From the human T2T-CHM13v2.0 reference genome, Homo sapiens: a stretch of 64,000 nt of DNA. Shown piece by piece: positions 1 to 12,909 of this stretch. Each line of letters starts with the position of its first letter. The stretch's first letter is position 1. Made by a program: the position numbers and the translations under genes. A model generated the notes under the pieces. It saw only the letters and a program-made list of their open reading frames with translations. It did not search any database and was not told where the DNA came from. Where the stretch lies: NCBI RefSeq assembly GCF_009914755.1, contig NC_060926.1. One strand, written 5' to 3'.

Positions 1-641
1 GTTTTTTTCTTGCAAACATGTTGTATTGTATACACACACACAACATACACATATTTTTCTCTGTTTATTCTTTATAATAGGAAGTTCAAAAGATAAAAGT
101 GGGTAATTCCTGCGAGAAGCAATTTGGGTCAAAGATATGCATTAGAAGAGAGATAGGCAGAAAAATCCCTTTTGAGATTTGTGAAGTTTGCCTCTGGTCT
201 TGAAATTGTCATGTGTGAGAATTAACTCTTGCCATTTGTATAAATTATTAGGTATTCAGATGAGTGATCAATGAAGTCAATACAATTTAATGTCTCTCTC
301 AGGGTTTTGAAAAATACAGAAAGGAGACATTTGTTTGCAAAGTATAAAACTTACAAAGAAAATTAGAATAATTGAAAGATGAGAAGTCCTGGGACCTAAT
401 ATTAGCGTCCTTCCTAGTAGTCTAGATGTCAATGTGTACATTTATCTCCCCAGGGCTGAACAAATAGGAATATCTTTAAAATAAGATTCTATGACCAATG
501 GCAACTTAAACTTTTCTTAAAATTGTTAGTTTATCTGGTGCAATGCAAACTCTTTTTATTATGTTGTCAGTTTGTAGACAGAATGTGTGTGTGTTTCATT
601 AATTAGCTAGAATTTTTCAGAACCTAAAACTTGATCAATGC

Positions 642-830
642 AAATAAATAAATACATAAATACATAAATATATTTATTTATAAAGAAATAAATATATATT
701 TATTTATAAAGAAATAAAGAAATAAATATATATTTATTTATAAAGAAATAAAGAAATAAATATATATTTATTTATAAAGAAATAAAGAAATAAATATATA
801 CTTATTTATAAAGAATAATATATAAATTTA
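642..830. repeat. AT-rich minisatellite, ~34-bp unit
   Basis: About 4-5 copies of TATATATTTATTTATAAAGAAATAAAGAAATAAA and shorter variants, preceded by (AAAT)n/(AAATACAT)n. Confidence 0.9.
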
Positions 831-2380
831 GAAGGAAATTAAACAATTTCAAACTTTTAAAGCTGATTTTTGTATATGTTTTACATTCAGTCTTTTATAT
901 GTTAGTATCTTTAATCATATAGAAAATGATTGGCATAATATTACATAAAGCTTATAAAAACTTCTGTAGCATGACCTCAAAAACATTAAAATGAGATAGG
1001 TAACAACACCATAAGCCTAGAAAACCCATCTGAATGTTGACCATGTTTAAACCTGGGTTATGTGATTATGGACAACTTTTAATTTTTTAACATATCTATG
1101 CTGTATTTTTATATCTCCACTTTAAAAATTTCAAAGTCTTTAAAATTAGCCTGTATTATTTGGGATTCAGAAAATATCTTTTTAAAAAACGCAGCATATT
1201 TCATGTATTATTTTTCAACTTGCTATTTTTTCAATAAAGACAGGCCTAGGGTATATTAGTGAGAAATATGTGGGACGAGATGCCATGTTTCTACCAATTT
1301 GACACTGAACCTCTGCGATTGAATGAGCTTACTTACTTTTGCTGCCATGGAGACCCACTAGTCACATTCGTATAAAATGTGAATGTGGGAAAGGTGCTGT
1401 AAGAAGATTCTTCTACATTCCCTTGACAAAATGCAGGATAAACAATGCTTGAAATAAAATGTTAGAAGGCAAAATTGAAATCCAATGAATGTGCTACTAA
1501 CTACAAGTAACTTCTGCCTTCAGGTGGCAGTTTATCAAAGGCGTCGCAGGATCACATAACGCTTTCCAAAGAGACCAAAAAATGAGGGAAAATGCCAAGT
1601 GAAGAACTGGAAAAGAAGTTTGAGAAACTACTTCAATTTTAGTTGCAATAGAAGCAATAATGTATACTCATATTTCTATTATAATTTTTATTGTTATATA
1701 ATTAGTGTTGCTATCAGCCAGCACTATTCAAAGGTAGAAGTGGATTTCTTCCCTATAGACAATAAGTTCCCTCTCACTATGTGTATTGAAACATCTGCAA
1801 TGTCACTTGATGGGATGTTCTGGGAGGATAAAGGTAATCAGGCAATAATTGAAACATCTTGTTGTTGTTGGGTTTTAGGTACTGTTCACATATTTCTGTA
1901 TTTCCATGCATTCTTACATCTATTTTAAAAAATCTACTGAGATAAGAATAATTTTTGTCTTTTAAAAGATGAGAATATTGGACCTTAGCTAATTATTGGG
2001 GTAACTGAAATGCAAACATTAACAGATCAACTAAAGACCTTTATGTTATATTTCACTATTAGGTTTGGTTGTCCATTTCCAAAATGTTGCAGCCTAGATT
2101 ACTTTTATTAAATGAAATTGTACATTTACACAATATATAACAGATAGAGGAAAAGTGTTTTAATAGACTAGGAAGTGGGGGACCTTGAATTCTTACTGCT
2201 CATTGATTTTCCCCAAATGGATAGTATCATGGATCACTGGTAGCTGCTGCAGAGTGCAGTAAGAAAAATATGCCACTTAGTGACTTCTCAGATCATTTCC
2301 AAACATCTAATTTTTTAATTTTGCAATTCCTCTTCAGATTTAATTTAGGAAATATTTTTCCCCCACCACAATATACTACC

Positions 2381-2787
2381 TGTATTAGTCTGTTTGGTCT
2401 TGCTGTAAAGAAATACCTGACTTTCTTTAGAGTAATTTCTTTAACAAAAGTAGTTTATTTTGCTCATGGCCCTTCATGTTGTACAAGCACTGTAGCACCA
2501 GCTTTCAGGAAGCTTGAAGTCATGATGAAAGATGGAGTGAAGTAGGCATGATGCAGTGAGAGAAAGGGAACAGGAGAGCGGGGAGGAGGGGCCAGGCGTT
2601 TTTTACAATCACAGTACAAGGGAACTAATAATGTAATATCGCACTCATAACCCTGAGGAAGGCATCAAGCCATTCATAAGGTATCTGCCCCTGCCTACCC
2701 AAACACCTTCCACCAGGCCCCGTATATAACATTAGGGATCAAATTTCAGCATGACATTTGGAGGGAACAAATGTACAAACTATATCA
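2381..2787 (-). mobile_element. MaLR solo LTR, MST family (MSTB/MSTC-like)
   Basis: Begins TGTATTAGTC and ends AAACTATATCA, the reverse complement of MST termini. Contains ATCAAATTTCAGCATGACATTTGGAGGG. Length ~407 bp. Confidence 0.85.
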
Positions 2788-2794
2788 CAAGCAT

Positions 2795-2965
2795 TTAATC
2801 TCTTTATTAAATCTCACCGAACTTTTCTAAAATGTAAAAAGGGGTAATACTATCAGCCCCAGAAGTTTTATGGTTATTACATGAAGTGATATTTTAATAC
2901 ATTTAATAACTTTGCTGCAACATACTAATAGTAAACATTGAAAAAAAATGGTCGATGTTATTAAC
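2795..2965 (+). mobile_element. MIR SINE fragment
   Basis: Degenerate match to the MIR core (TGTAAAAAGGGGTAATACTA...ATTACATGAAGTGATAT...). Confidence 0.5.
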
Positions 2966-3389
2966 ATATTTATGTCAAGTAAAATGCAGATTAGAATTAA
3001 GTAAGATAAAGAGACCATGTAAGAGTGAACTAAAGTAAGAAAACACATTCCAAAAGGCATTAACTAATAAATATATGTATAAACAAATATTCTATGAAAT
3101 TTCACAGGAAAGTAAAAGCAATTCAGACATAGGTAATAAGTGGTACTGTGAATAAACAGATTGGAAATGGGTCATGGGTATATTATAAATATCATAGGTG
3201 AAACTGGTCAGAAAAGAGAGAAAGTAGGCTTTTTATGATGAATCTCATGTTGGAAATATGTTATTATTTTATGTTAACTGAAAATAATTTATGTAGTCCA
3301 CAAATATGAAAATTGTAGAAATCTTCTGAAGATGTTACCAGTACCTTATAGTCTCAGGAAATGTTCCCTTTAACCTCACCACACTGTGA

Positions 3390-3558
3390 TATAAATTTGA
3401 CATCTAGGCTCTACCTTTTCTTAGGAAATAAGAGAATCCCTTTAAGTCTCAACTCCCATTTCTGTAAAATGAATAGTGCCCATCTTATAGGGTTACTACA
3501 CAGATAAAATAAAACACCATAAGGAAAAATCATGGCACATATTAGATTGTCAACAAAA
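3390..3558 (+). mobile_element. MIR SINE fragment
   Basis: TCTGTAAAATGAATAGTGCCCATCTTATAGGGTTACT...TGGCACATATTAG matches the MIR core and 3' end. Confidence 0.6.
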
Positions 3559-6500
3559 CAGACAAGACTATTGGCCTAAAGGCAACTTCTTGCTCCATTC
3601 TCATGGTGGAGCTCATATTTAAGGGCCAACAAAAGAGAATTCCCTTTTTCTTCACTAGTTTATTTTGGTAGAAAGCTCACCATGTCAACAAAACCACAAC
3701 AACTTTGATGGCTGAAATGTGGCGTCACCATTATCTCCCAATGTAGTGTTAAAATATGGGCTTATGTGCATGTTATTCTCTCATCTTGGGGCAATATTTG
3801 TCTGCCCAAGATTTGTTTAGTGAAAAAAGTTCATGGCTGATGAGCTACCAAGTCACATTTGTTCTTTAGAATCTAGTACTATGAAAAAATTCCTCTCTCG
3901 CTGCAATTGTTTTCCCTCCTCATATTAGGGGCCTTTCTTATATCAGTGGCTCAATCACTTTGACACAGATTCAGAAACAAGACGGCAGCTTTCAACTTCT
4001 CGCTAAACTATAAGAGGCCTAATTGATATTCTTAAATCAGTGTGTGGTTTATTGATGTAAGATTCTTTGATAGAGATGGATGATCACTGCTACTTGAAGT
4101 GTATTATTGCTTTTATTGTTTAAATCACTGCTATAGGTCTGAGGTATTCAGGTGAGACCCACACATCTTAAATTTTAATTAGAAAAGGGATAAGAGATTC
4201 ATCAAAAAATTAGGTATCTAATTAGGTCTCTAAATTAGAATATTCTTCAAATATAAGTGAGAACTAAGAAAAGTAGATCTTTTTCTTTTTCATTGAGAAA
4301 CGTTACTTAAAAGAGAAAAGTAAATTGTCTTTTTTTATTTTAAGAAGAAAATAGAATAAAGGTTTTTGAGTATTTTCTTCCACATGCAGTTATTACCATG
4401 CTACTTTTAGAAAATTTGGAAAATAGTTTTTTGTATATTTGCCCTCTACCTTAGTCAGTCATTTATCTTGCACATTTTTCCCAATAAACATTATTCTACA
4501 CTATCCCTTTGAATGGCTACCTGGTAGTTGTTGTAGAGAACACTTAGTTTAACCAATTAAGCATTTATGTTACAATATTTTCACTGCAATGCAGAGAAAA
4601 TACCAATTTAAAGGCCACATTATTACATCTTCATTAACAAAGGAAACCTCTCCTCATTGTCCAGATTTGTGGTCTGAGATGACAGCATCAATATTAGGTG
4701 ATTCTCTATGTGGCATGATTTTGGGTCTGCCACTCTTTTAAATTTTTCCACAATGCATTCTTGAAGATCACTCTACTAATATTTTATTGTTATTGTTAAA
4801 ACTCAAATTCCTTGTGAAAGTAGTGCCAAGCTCTTAACTGCTTACACAAATATTAAGATCTGAGGGGTAATATGTTTGGGGGAAGAGGGCTCGATACAGA
4901 CTTGATATCACAGCATCACAGCGGATTGCAGGGATATAGTAGCCAGAGGCATGTTTCCCCGATAGAGAATTTTGTACAGTCAGTGGAGGGCAGTCTTATG
5001 AAAATCAGCCCAAGTAGAATGAACACTTCTGAGCCTATAGAATGGCTTTTCATTTTCCTATGCATCAACCCCAAATCCCACCATGGCTCTGGAATTTAGG
5101 TTTGTGGTCTCAAACTCATTTTCTCATTGTGAGGTTGATATTTTGCTTCTGAACAAACTTCGAGTTTACAGACAATTTTTTTTAATTTATATGTTTTAAT
5201 GATTGCAAAGTGGTATTAGAAAGGAGTAGACTCTTTCTTTTCAGAAGAAAAAATAATACAGACATTTAACAAGATTTGTCTTTGCATAAAATAATGAAAT
5301 CTGCTTTTTTGGATTAGGAAATGCAATAACTCAGCTGAGTCCTGGCACAAAAGATGTTCCCCTGTTGAATCCCCTTCTGTTTCAGGCTGAAAAAGTAAAA
5401 GAATTGGAAAAGCGTTGACATATTTAATGCATGTAAAACTGTAAAGATAATACATTTTTAATAAGCCTCTGTCTGCCCTGTCACTTTTTACAGTGATAGT
5501 GCTATATCGCTTTCATTTCAAAGCAAGAATGAAGTGGAGAGCTGATTGTGCTCAATTTATTATATATGTTTTTTTTTATTTTGCCAAGCATTCTTTTATA
5601 GATATTTAATCCAACAAGCATGAAAATGGCTCAGAGAGATAAAAATAGAAGGAAAATATGATTGGGTCATTGAATCAGATTCTAAAATCAAATTCGCCTT
5701 CAAAATAGTAGTAACTAAGCAGAACTGACCTTTTAATTCATGAAACTGTCTCTGTCAAAAATCTAGATTCATAAACTCTAAATTACCTTTTGATAGGCAA
5801 AGCAAAGTTCCTGTAAAAAGTTCAAATCCTTACAGTATGTTTACTTTGTCATAGCAAATAATCATTAAAATTCTAAATAATTGAACTTCTTACTTGCTTT
5901 GAATTTTTCATATTCTTTGTTAGAAGATTTGGATAATCTAACATGAAGCAAAAAATAATAGAAGATTGGGAAATAATGATACAGAGGAATATCAAATCCA
6001 TTTTGAAATTGGGACTAGAACTCTAACACAATAATATCCAGGCTATAGAGAAATTCACAGTTTTTAAACCAAATCATAAATTTAACTCTGATATTTGGAA
6101 GGCCAAAGCAAAAATGGAAGCAGTGAGTTACATGATTCATAATGTCCAAAGGAAAATCATGAAAGCTTTTCAAGGGAACAGATATTTTCTTGGCATTTAA
6201 ATATGATGGTTATTTTTTTCTCTTTTTTGGTCTTTCTACAGAAGACACTAAATGAAGCAATGAATAATATTTTTATGACTTCCTGATGAATTGGAATGAA
6301 ATGTTTTGTGTGAACCCCCTAACATTCAACGTAAGCTAAAAGAAAGTTTTATAGTACAAGTCAAGGAGAACCATTTATCGAGAGACCAAGTGGTCCTTGC
6401 AGAGATAATTTGGTTCTCCAAATTGGTTCAATAGCACCCTGACAATGCAAAAAAGCATCAGATGTCTTCCAATTATGCAAGTGAGCCTTACTCTGGGGAG

Positions 6501-8173
6501 AAAAAATTGCTAAAACTTGATACAAGCCACTGCCATATTCTTACCAAAACCCAGATCTGGTACCAATCTCTAGTCTTATTGTTTTTATAACCTAGAAATA
6601 ATTTTGGCTTTGACCCAAGCTTGTTACATACAGATCAGAGAACCTAGGGTAAGCCATGATCTTAGAGAGATAATGCATATAACATTAATTTTTAAATGAT
6701 AGAAAATGCTACAGAAGTAGCATTTATTGGTCCCTCATGTATGGCTAGTAACAGTTCTTGATATGGAAAAGAAATGACTAGAGATAGCAGTTAAATGACT
6801 GAGAGGGAGCTATGTTTGTTTGGATATATACTATTTTCAAAAGATATAACCAAGGTTGAAACATATATTTTCACTGGGTGAAATTATCAAAGTTAGTGAT
6901 ATTTATAGCATATTATTGTATCCTTGCTTAAACTATTCTTTTCTCATATTGGTGTTATCTACTTAATAATTGGGTGCACTGTCCTAGGTTTGGACTTTTG
7001 TGTGTCTCAAACTTCTTAGCACATATTAAATATTCACTATTATTAAGAAGAGATTCAGCAAGTTAATACCTTGATCTAACTCATGTATTTTCTCAGTTTT
7101 TCTTGAAATTTTCCTTGTATTTGGTGATGCACCGCAAGAAATTGCCTTAGTCTTAGTCACATGAGGATTTTTATGTGAAATTTAGCCATATGGAACACTA
7201 AAAAGAAAATTACTCTTTCTGCCCTTACAGAATGAGTTCATATTTAGCTTCTGTTCTGTAGACAGAAATTCAGTTTTATGAAGCAGTTAAAGGAGAAAGT
7301 GCATGGCGTGCTTTTTGCAGCACTTAGATATTGATATATGGCTTTTTTTTCTTTTCCCAAGGCTAAGCAGAGAAAGCTACAGTAATATGACTTTTTAAAT
7401 GTGAGTGAAACTCTCATTTGAAACCTTTCCACTACATAACTCCACTCAATTGGTTTGATGGCTCAAATACACACAGGCTGTAGGTTAAAATAGGAAGAGA
7501 GGGCTGAAAACTCTTATAATAATGCTAAAGTTGAGGCAGAATAGCACATAAGCAGGTTTGCATTTCAGAGTTCTCCTTACGCAACCTTCACACCAGTTAG
7601 TCCCATTACAACTCCATTATGATCAGACCCAAGAGCACTGGGCATCAGAGGTACTAACCTTCTTCCTAGTGCATGCTCCTGGAAAGTTTACATCATTGAG
7701 CCAGTCAAGGCTTACCTGGGATGTACACTGGCCAACACCTATAGCCCCTTTAAAGAATGAAAGCTCTTTGTCATATCTTTGGCTCAGTAATTGCAATAAA
7801 TATACTTGATTCTTCACTACTTAAAATGGAAAAGCTACCTTTTCCAAAAAAGGTCACATAAATACACCAGTCTATGTATATTCTTTCATTTTACTTTCCA
7901 TGTCAAGCTGAAATAAACTTATGTACCTACTATGTTTTATTCACTGTGTTGTATGTTGAAAAAATTACACAACATTTTACATTTGATCGCTTAGTTTCTT
8001 TGCATTTTACAAATATAAGTCATTACCTGTCTTTGTTGTTAACATGGGTTGGTTTTCTTCCTTATTGTCACACCAGATGGGACTTCCAGATAATTATTAA
8101 GGGATGATAGCTTAGTGTAAAAGTAAACACTTTTATATTCTCCCTCTAATAACTTGTTTTCTCTTTCTCACAG

Positions 8174-8257
8174 GAAGAGAAGTAGATAATTAATTGATGA
8201 CAGTCATACATCTCTTTGGACATATATCCACCTGAGATGAGATCACTGCTTAAAAAG
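8174..8257 (+). other. Candidate non-coding exon (84 nt; alternative end 8340)
   Basis: CTAAT branch-like motif, TTGTTTTCTCTTTCTCACAG acceptor, AAG|GTAATG donor and AAG|GTAAGT at 8340. Stops in all three frames. Confidence 0.3.
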
Positions 8258-8780
8258 GTAATGCATGCCCATTATATTTAACTTAATTCTTTTTGAAGAT
8301 GCCGTTTTTTCTTAAAGCAGCCCATAGTAATACTCAAAAGGTAAGTAGAAAGGTGTTAAGAAATGGGTTTTTCTTAAGGTATAGAGCTTACACTATCAAT
8401 TGTAGTTGTATTTTTTTCTTTATTCTGGTTCCCATATTTGTTCTAAAGTATTTTGTGAAGAAGAGTGGGGAGACAACCAGTTTCCAAACTCTTTTTTTGT
8501 ATTTATTAGCCAAATGAGCAGTAAAGGATGCTAAGAAAAAAATAAAGAAGTGGCCTCCACAATGGCCACTGTAAATCAAATAGATGCCGTACAATAATAC
8601 ACTGTTAATCCAATTTCTTTCCCAGTTAAAGGTCTCAAATCCTAGATCCTGGTTCATCCACATTCTAAGAGAGATTAGAGGTATGGAAAGGGGAGTCTTG
8701 AGATTAACCTAACGGAAGGTTGTGTTGATTTGCAGTCAATGCAATTCTAATAGATAACAACAAACATCGCATAAAGAGTG

Positions 8781-10103
8781 TTTGGTATGTTGAACCATCA
8801 TTGCATCCTAGGAATAAAACTCACTTGGTCATGCTGTAAGATTCTTTTAGTGTGCCATTAAATTCCATTAGCTAGTATTCCTTTGAATACTTCTGTATCT
8901 ATATTCATCAGGGATACTGGCTTGTAGTTTTCTTTTACATTTGTCTGGTTTACATATCAGGGCAATGATAATCTCATAAAGTGAACTTGGAAGCATTCTC
9001 TCCTCTTCAGATGTTTGGAAGAGTTTGAGAAAGATTTACATTTCTTTCTTAAATATTTAGGTGAATTCAGCAGTGAAACCATCTGAACTTGGACTTTGTT
9101 TTGTTTGGAGGTTTTTGATTCAACTCTTTATTGTTGGTCTATTCAGGTTTTATGTTCCTTCATGACTCAGTCTTCATAGGCTGTATGTTTCTAGGAATTT
9201 CTTCATTTCTTCTAGATTATCTAACTTTTTGGCATTTATTTATTCACAATAGTCCCATCTGATACTTTGTATTTCTATGGTTTCAGCTTAATGTCTCCTC
9301 TTTCATTTCTATTTTTTTAATTTGAGTCTTCTGTCTTATTTTCTTACTGTAGGTGACAGTTTTCCAATTTTATTGATATCTTCAAAACAAACTTTTAGTT
9401 GCATTTTTTAGTGTTCTTTTTATCCTCTATTTTGGTTATTTCTACTATAATTGTACTACTTTTTTCTATCTGTTAACTTTCAGTTTAGTTTGTTCTTATT
9501 TTTCTAGTTATTTGAGGCATAAAGTTAGATTTTTATTTGAGATTTTTTCCATTTTAATGTAGGCATTTAGTATTATACATTTCCCTGTTAGTACTGCTTT
9601 TGCTGCATCCTGTTAATTTTGGTATGCTGTATTTTAATTTTGTTCTTCTCAGGATATTTTCTAATTTCACTTTTAATTTCTTCTTGACCTATTGTTTGTT
9701 CAAGAGCGTGCTGTTTAATTTGTACATATTTGTAGTTTTTGGTTTTTCTTTTACTATTAATTTCTAGCTTTATTCCATTGCAATGAGAAAATACATTTGA
9801 TATCAAGTCAATTTAATTTGCTAAGACTTGTTTTGTAACTTAACCTGTGATCCATCCTGGAGAATGTTCCATGTGTACTTGAGAAGAATGTGAATTCTGC
9901 CAATTATTTTTGGATGGAATGTTCTATACATGTGTGTTAGGTTCATTTGATCTACAGTGTTGTTCAAGTTTTCCATTTTCTTATTAATCGTCTGTCTGGA
10001 TGCTCTATCCATTATTGAACATGGATTATTGAAATTTCCTACTCTTATTGTGTTGTTGTGTATTCCTCTCTTTAGTTCTGCCGACATTTCCTTCATTTAT
10101 TTA
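8781..10103 (-). mobile_element. LINE-1 (L1MA/L1MB age) ORF2 segment, inverted 5' part
   Basis: Minus-strand ORF 9821-10096 reads NTIRVGNFNNPCSIMDRASRQTINK...MYRTFHP (L1 endonuclease motifs). The left end is the reverse complement of RT-region ...GGATGCAATGATGGTTCAACATACCAAA. Confidence 0.9.
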
Positions 10104-11589
10104 AATCCATGCAAAAATAAATCACTGTAATACACTGCATTAACATAACAAAGGATAAAACAAATGATCACCTTAATAGATGCAGAAAACACATTTGACT
10201 AAATTTAACACAATTTCATGATAAAAACACTCAACAAACTAGCAGTAGAAGAAAATTACCTCAACATGAAAGGACCATATATGAAAAGCCCAGAGTTAAC
10301 ATTTTACTTAGTGGTAAAAAACTGAAAGCCTTTCCTCTTAAATCATGAGCAAAAAAATAAGGCTCATTCTTACCATTTCTATTTAGTATCCTAGCCAGGA
10401 TGGAAATTAGGCAAGAAAAACAATAAAATGAATTCAACTTTAAAGGCAAAAGTAAAATTATCCCTGTGTGTAGAAGAAATGACTTTATATAGAAGAACTC
10501 TTTAAGATTCAAATTTTTTAAAAAAACCTTAAAACTAATAAATTTGGTAAAGTGTCAGGATTCAAAATCAACATACAAAAATTTAGTTGTGCATTTGCGT
10601 TTATAACCATCAACAAATTGAGATGAAAATTAATAAACCAATTTAATTATACACTAATAACAAAAACTTAAAAAATACTTAAAAATAAACTTAACCAAAG
10701 AGGTGAAAAACTAGAACAATGAAAACTACAAAATATTGACAAAAGAATTTAAGAAAAAAAAGACATTGCATATTCATAAACTGGAAGCCTTAAAATTGTT
10801 AAAATGTCCATATACCAAGAGTGATCTACAGATTCAGTGCAATCCCTATCAAAATCATAATGGCATATTTTATAGAAATAGAAAAAAGGCAGTTCTAAAA
10901 TTCATATGGCTACACAAAGGATGCTGACAAGCCAAAAGAGTTTCGTGGAAAAACAAAGCTGGAAGCCTCAAATTTCTTGATTTAAAATATATTACAAAGC
11001 TAAAATAATCAAAACAGTGTGGTAGTGTCATAAAAGTGGCCAATGGAACAGAATAAAAAGCCCCAAAATGAACCCACATATATATACTTTTAGCCTTGTT
11101 TTTCACAACGGTGCCAAGAATACACAATGGGGATGGGATTATCTCTTCAAATGGTGTTAGAAAAACTGAATATTCACAAATGAAAGAATAAAAATGGACC
11201 CAGATCTTAAATGTAACACCTGAAATATGAAATTTCTAGATCAAAACAGGTGAAAAGTTTCATGGCATTAATCTTGGTAATTTTTTTTATATGACAATGA
11301 AAATTCAGGCAACAAATACAAGAATACACAAGTGGAGCTGCATCAAACTAAAAAGCTTCTACAGAGCAAAGAAAAAAAATCAACAGATTAAAAATGCAAC
11401 ATACAGAATAGGGAAAATATTTGCAAACCATGTATCTAATAAGGGGTTAGTATTCAATATATATAAAGAACTACAACTCAATAGCCAAAAATAAAAATAA
11501 AATAAAATAAAAAACAAATAAAAACCAAGCAAAGAAATATAAGCAAACATAAAACAAATAACCTAATTATTAAAATGGGCAAAGAACAT

Positions 11590-11978
11590 TGCTATAGTTT
11601 GAATGTTTGTCTCTGGCCAAACACATGTTGAAATTTAATTGGCACTGCAACAGTACTGAGATATGGAATCTTTAAGATTTAATTAGGCCATGAGGGGTCT
11701 GTCCTTATGAATAGATTAATGCTGTTATTGCAGCAGTGTGTTTGTTATCATGAGAGTGGGTTCCTCATAAAAGGATGAGTTCACCTTCCTTTGGTCTGTC
11801 TCTCTCATGCTCTCTTTGCCCTTCCACCATGAGATGATGGGCAAGAAATCTCTTGCCAGATACCAGCCCCTCAATATTAGACTTCCCAGCTTCCAGAACT
11901 GTGAGCCAATAAATTTCTGTTCATTATAATTTACCCAGTCTCAGATATCCATTATCGCAGCACAAAATCAACTAGGAG
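11590..11978 (+). mobile_element. MaLR solo LTR, MSTD-like, nested in L1
   Basis: TGCTATAGTTTGAATGTTTGTC...GAGCCAATAAATTTCTGTTCATTATAATTTACCCAGTCTCAG. The L1 sequence resumes on both sides. Confidence 0.88.
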
Positions 11979-12414
11979 GGATGTGTATGGACATTTATTT
12001 AACAGAGACATATAAATGACCAATAGGTATATGAAAAGATGATTAGCATCATTAATTGTTAGGGAAATGCAAATTAAACCCACAATGAGATATTACTTCA
12101 CACATATATAATGGCTTTTGCAAAAATAAAATAAATAAATAGGCAATACGTTAGCAAGGATATTTAGAAAACGAAACCCTAGTAAATTAGTATAGTCATT
12201 ATGGAAAACAATAGGGAGGCTTCTCAAAAAATTAAAAATAGAATTATCATATGATCCAGCAATTTTAGTACTGGATATTTGTCCAAAAGAATTGAAATCA
12301 AGATATCTAAGAGGTATTTATTTACACAGCTGTGTTCATTATAACATTATTTACAAAAGCCAAGATGTAGAAGAAACCTAAATGCCCACTGGCAGATGAA
12401 TGCATAGAGAAAAT

Positions 12415-12548
12415 GTATATATGATATGTATATGATATAAATGATATGTATATGATATATATGATACATATATTATATACATGCATCATATATGATATAA
12501 TACAATATATGATATATATCTCATAGACATCTATATCTATATATATAA
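12415..12548. repeat. (TA)/(ATATG)-type low-complexity repeat inside L1
   Basis: Degenerate ATATG/TA repeats expanded at the L1 'ggtatatatac' position. Confidence 0.8.
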
Positions 12549-12562
12549 TTAAGCCTTTAAAA

Positions 12563-12909
12563 CATGGATCCCTAAACTGTGGCCTCAGATTGGTATCAGT
12601 GTGTGGCCCATTAAGAACCACAACAGGAGGTGAGTGTCTGGTGAGGCAGCAGTACCACCTGAGCTCTGCTTCCTGTCAGTTCAGGTACAGCATTATATTA
12701 TAATAGGAATGTGAACCCTATTGTGAAGTGCACATGTGAGGGATCTAGGTTGCAAGGGTTTTTGGTTGCAGGCTCCTTATGAGAATCTGATGCCTGATGA
12801 CCTGAGGTGAAACAGCTTCATCCTGAAACCACCCCACACCCACCTCATCCATGAAAAAACTGTCTTCCAGGAAATTGGTCCCTCATGCCAAAAAGGTTGG
12901 GGACCCCTG
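12563..12909 (+). mobile_element. MER1B (hAT-Charlie non-autonomous DNA transposon)
   Basis: Ends GCCAAAAAGGTTGGGGACCCCTG and contains GAACCCTATTGTGAA...GAGGGATCTAGGTTGC. Perfect 8-bp TSD CTTTAAAA at 12555-12562 and 12910-12917. Confidence 0.93.

Noticed and set aside
1599-1928. 109-aa ORF and similar short ORFs in unique AT-rich DNA
   Set aside because: Composition is rich in F/Y/I/L/N as expected for random AT-rich frames. Many use non-ATG starts, and no domain is recognisable.
4078-4145. Possible C/D-box snoRNA (ATGATCA...CTGA)
   Set aside because: The C box is imperfect, there is no terminal stem, and it resembles no snoRNA I know.
1337-7747. Minus-strand exon-like segments at 1337-1421, ~5386 and 7716-7747
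   Set aside because: Each has only one strong splice site or a weak AAG acceptor, and the peptides do not join into a recognisable protein. Chance is sufficient.
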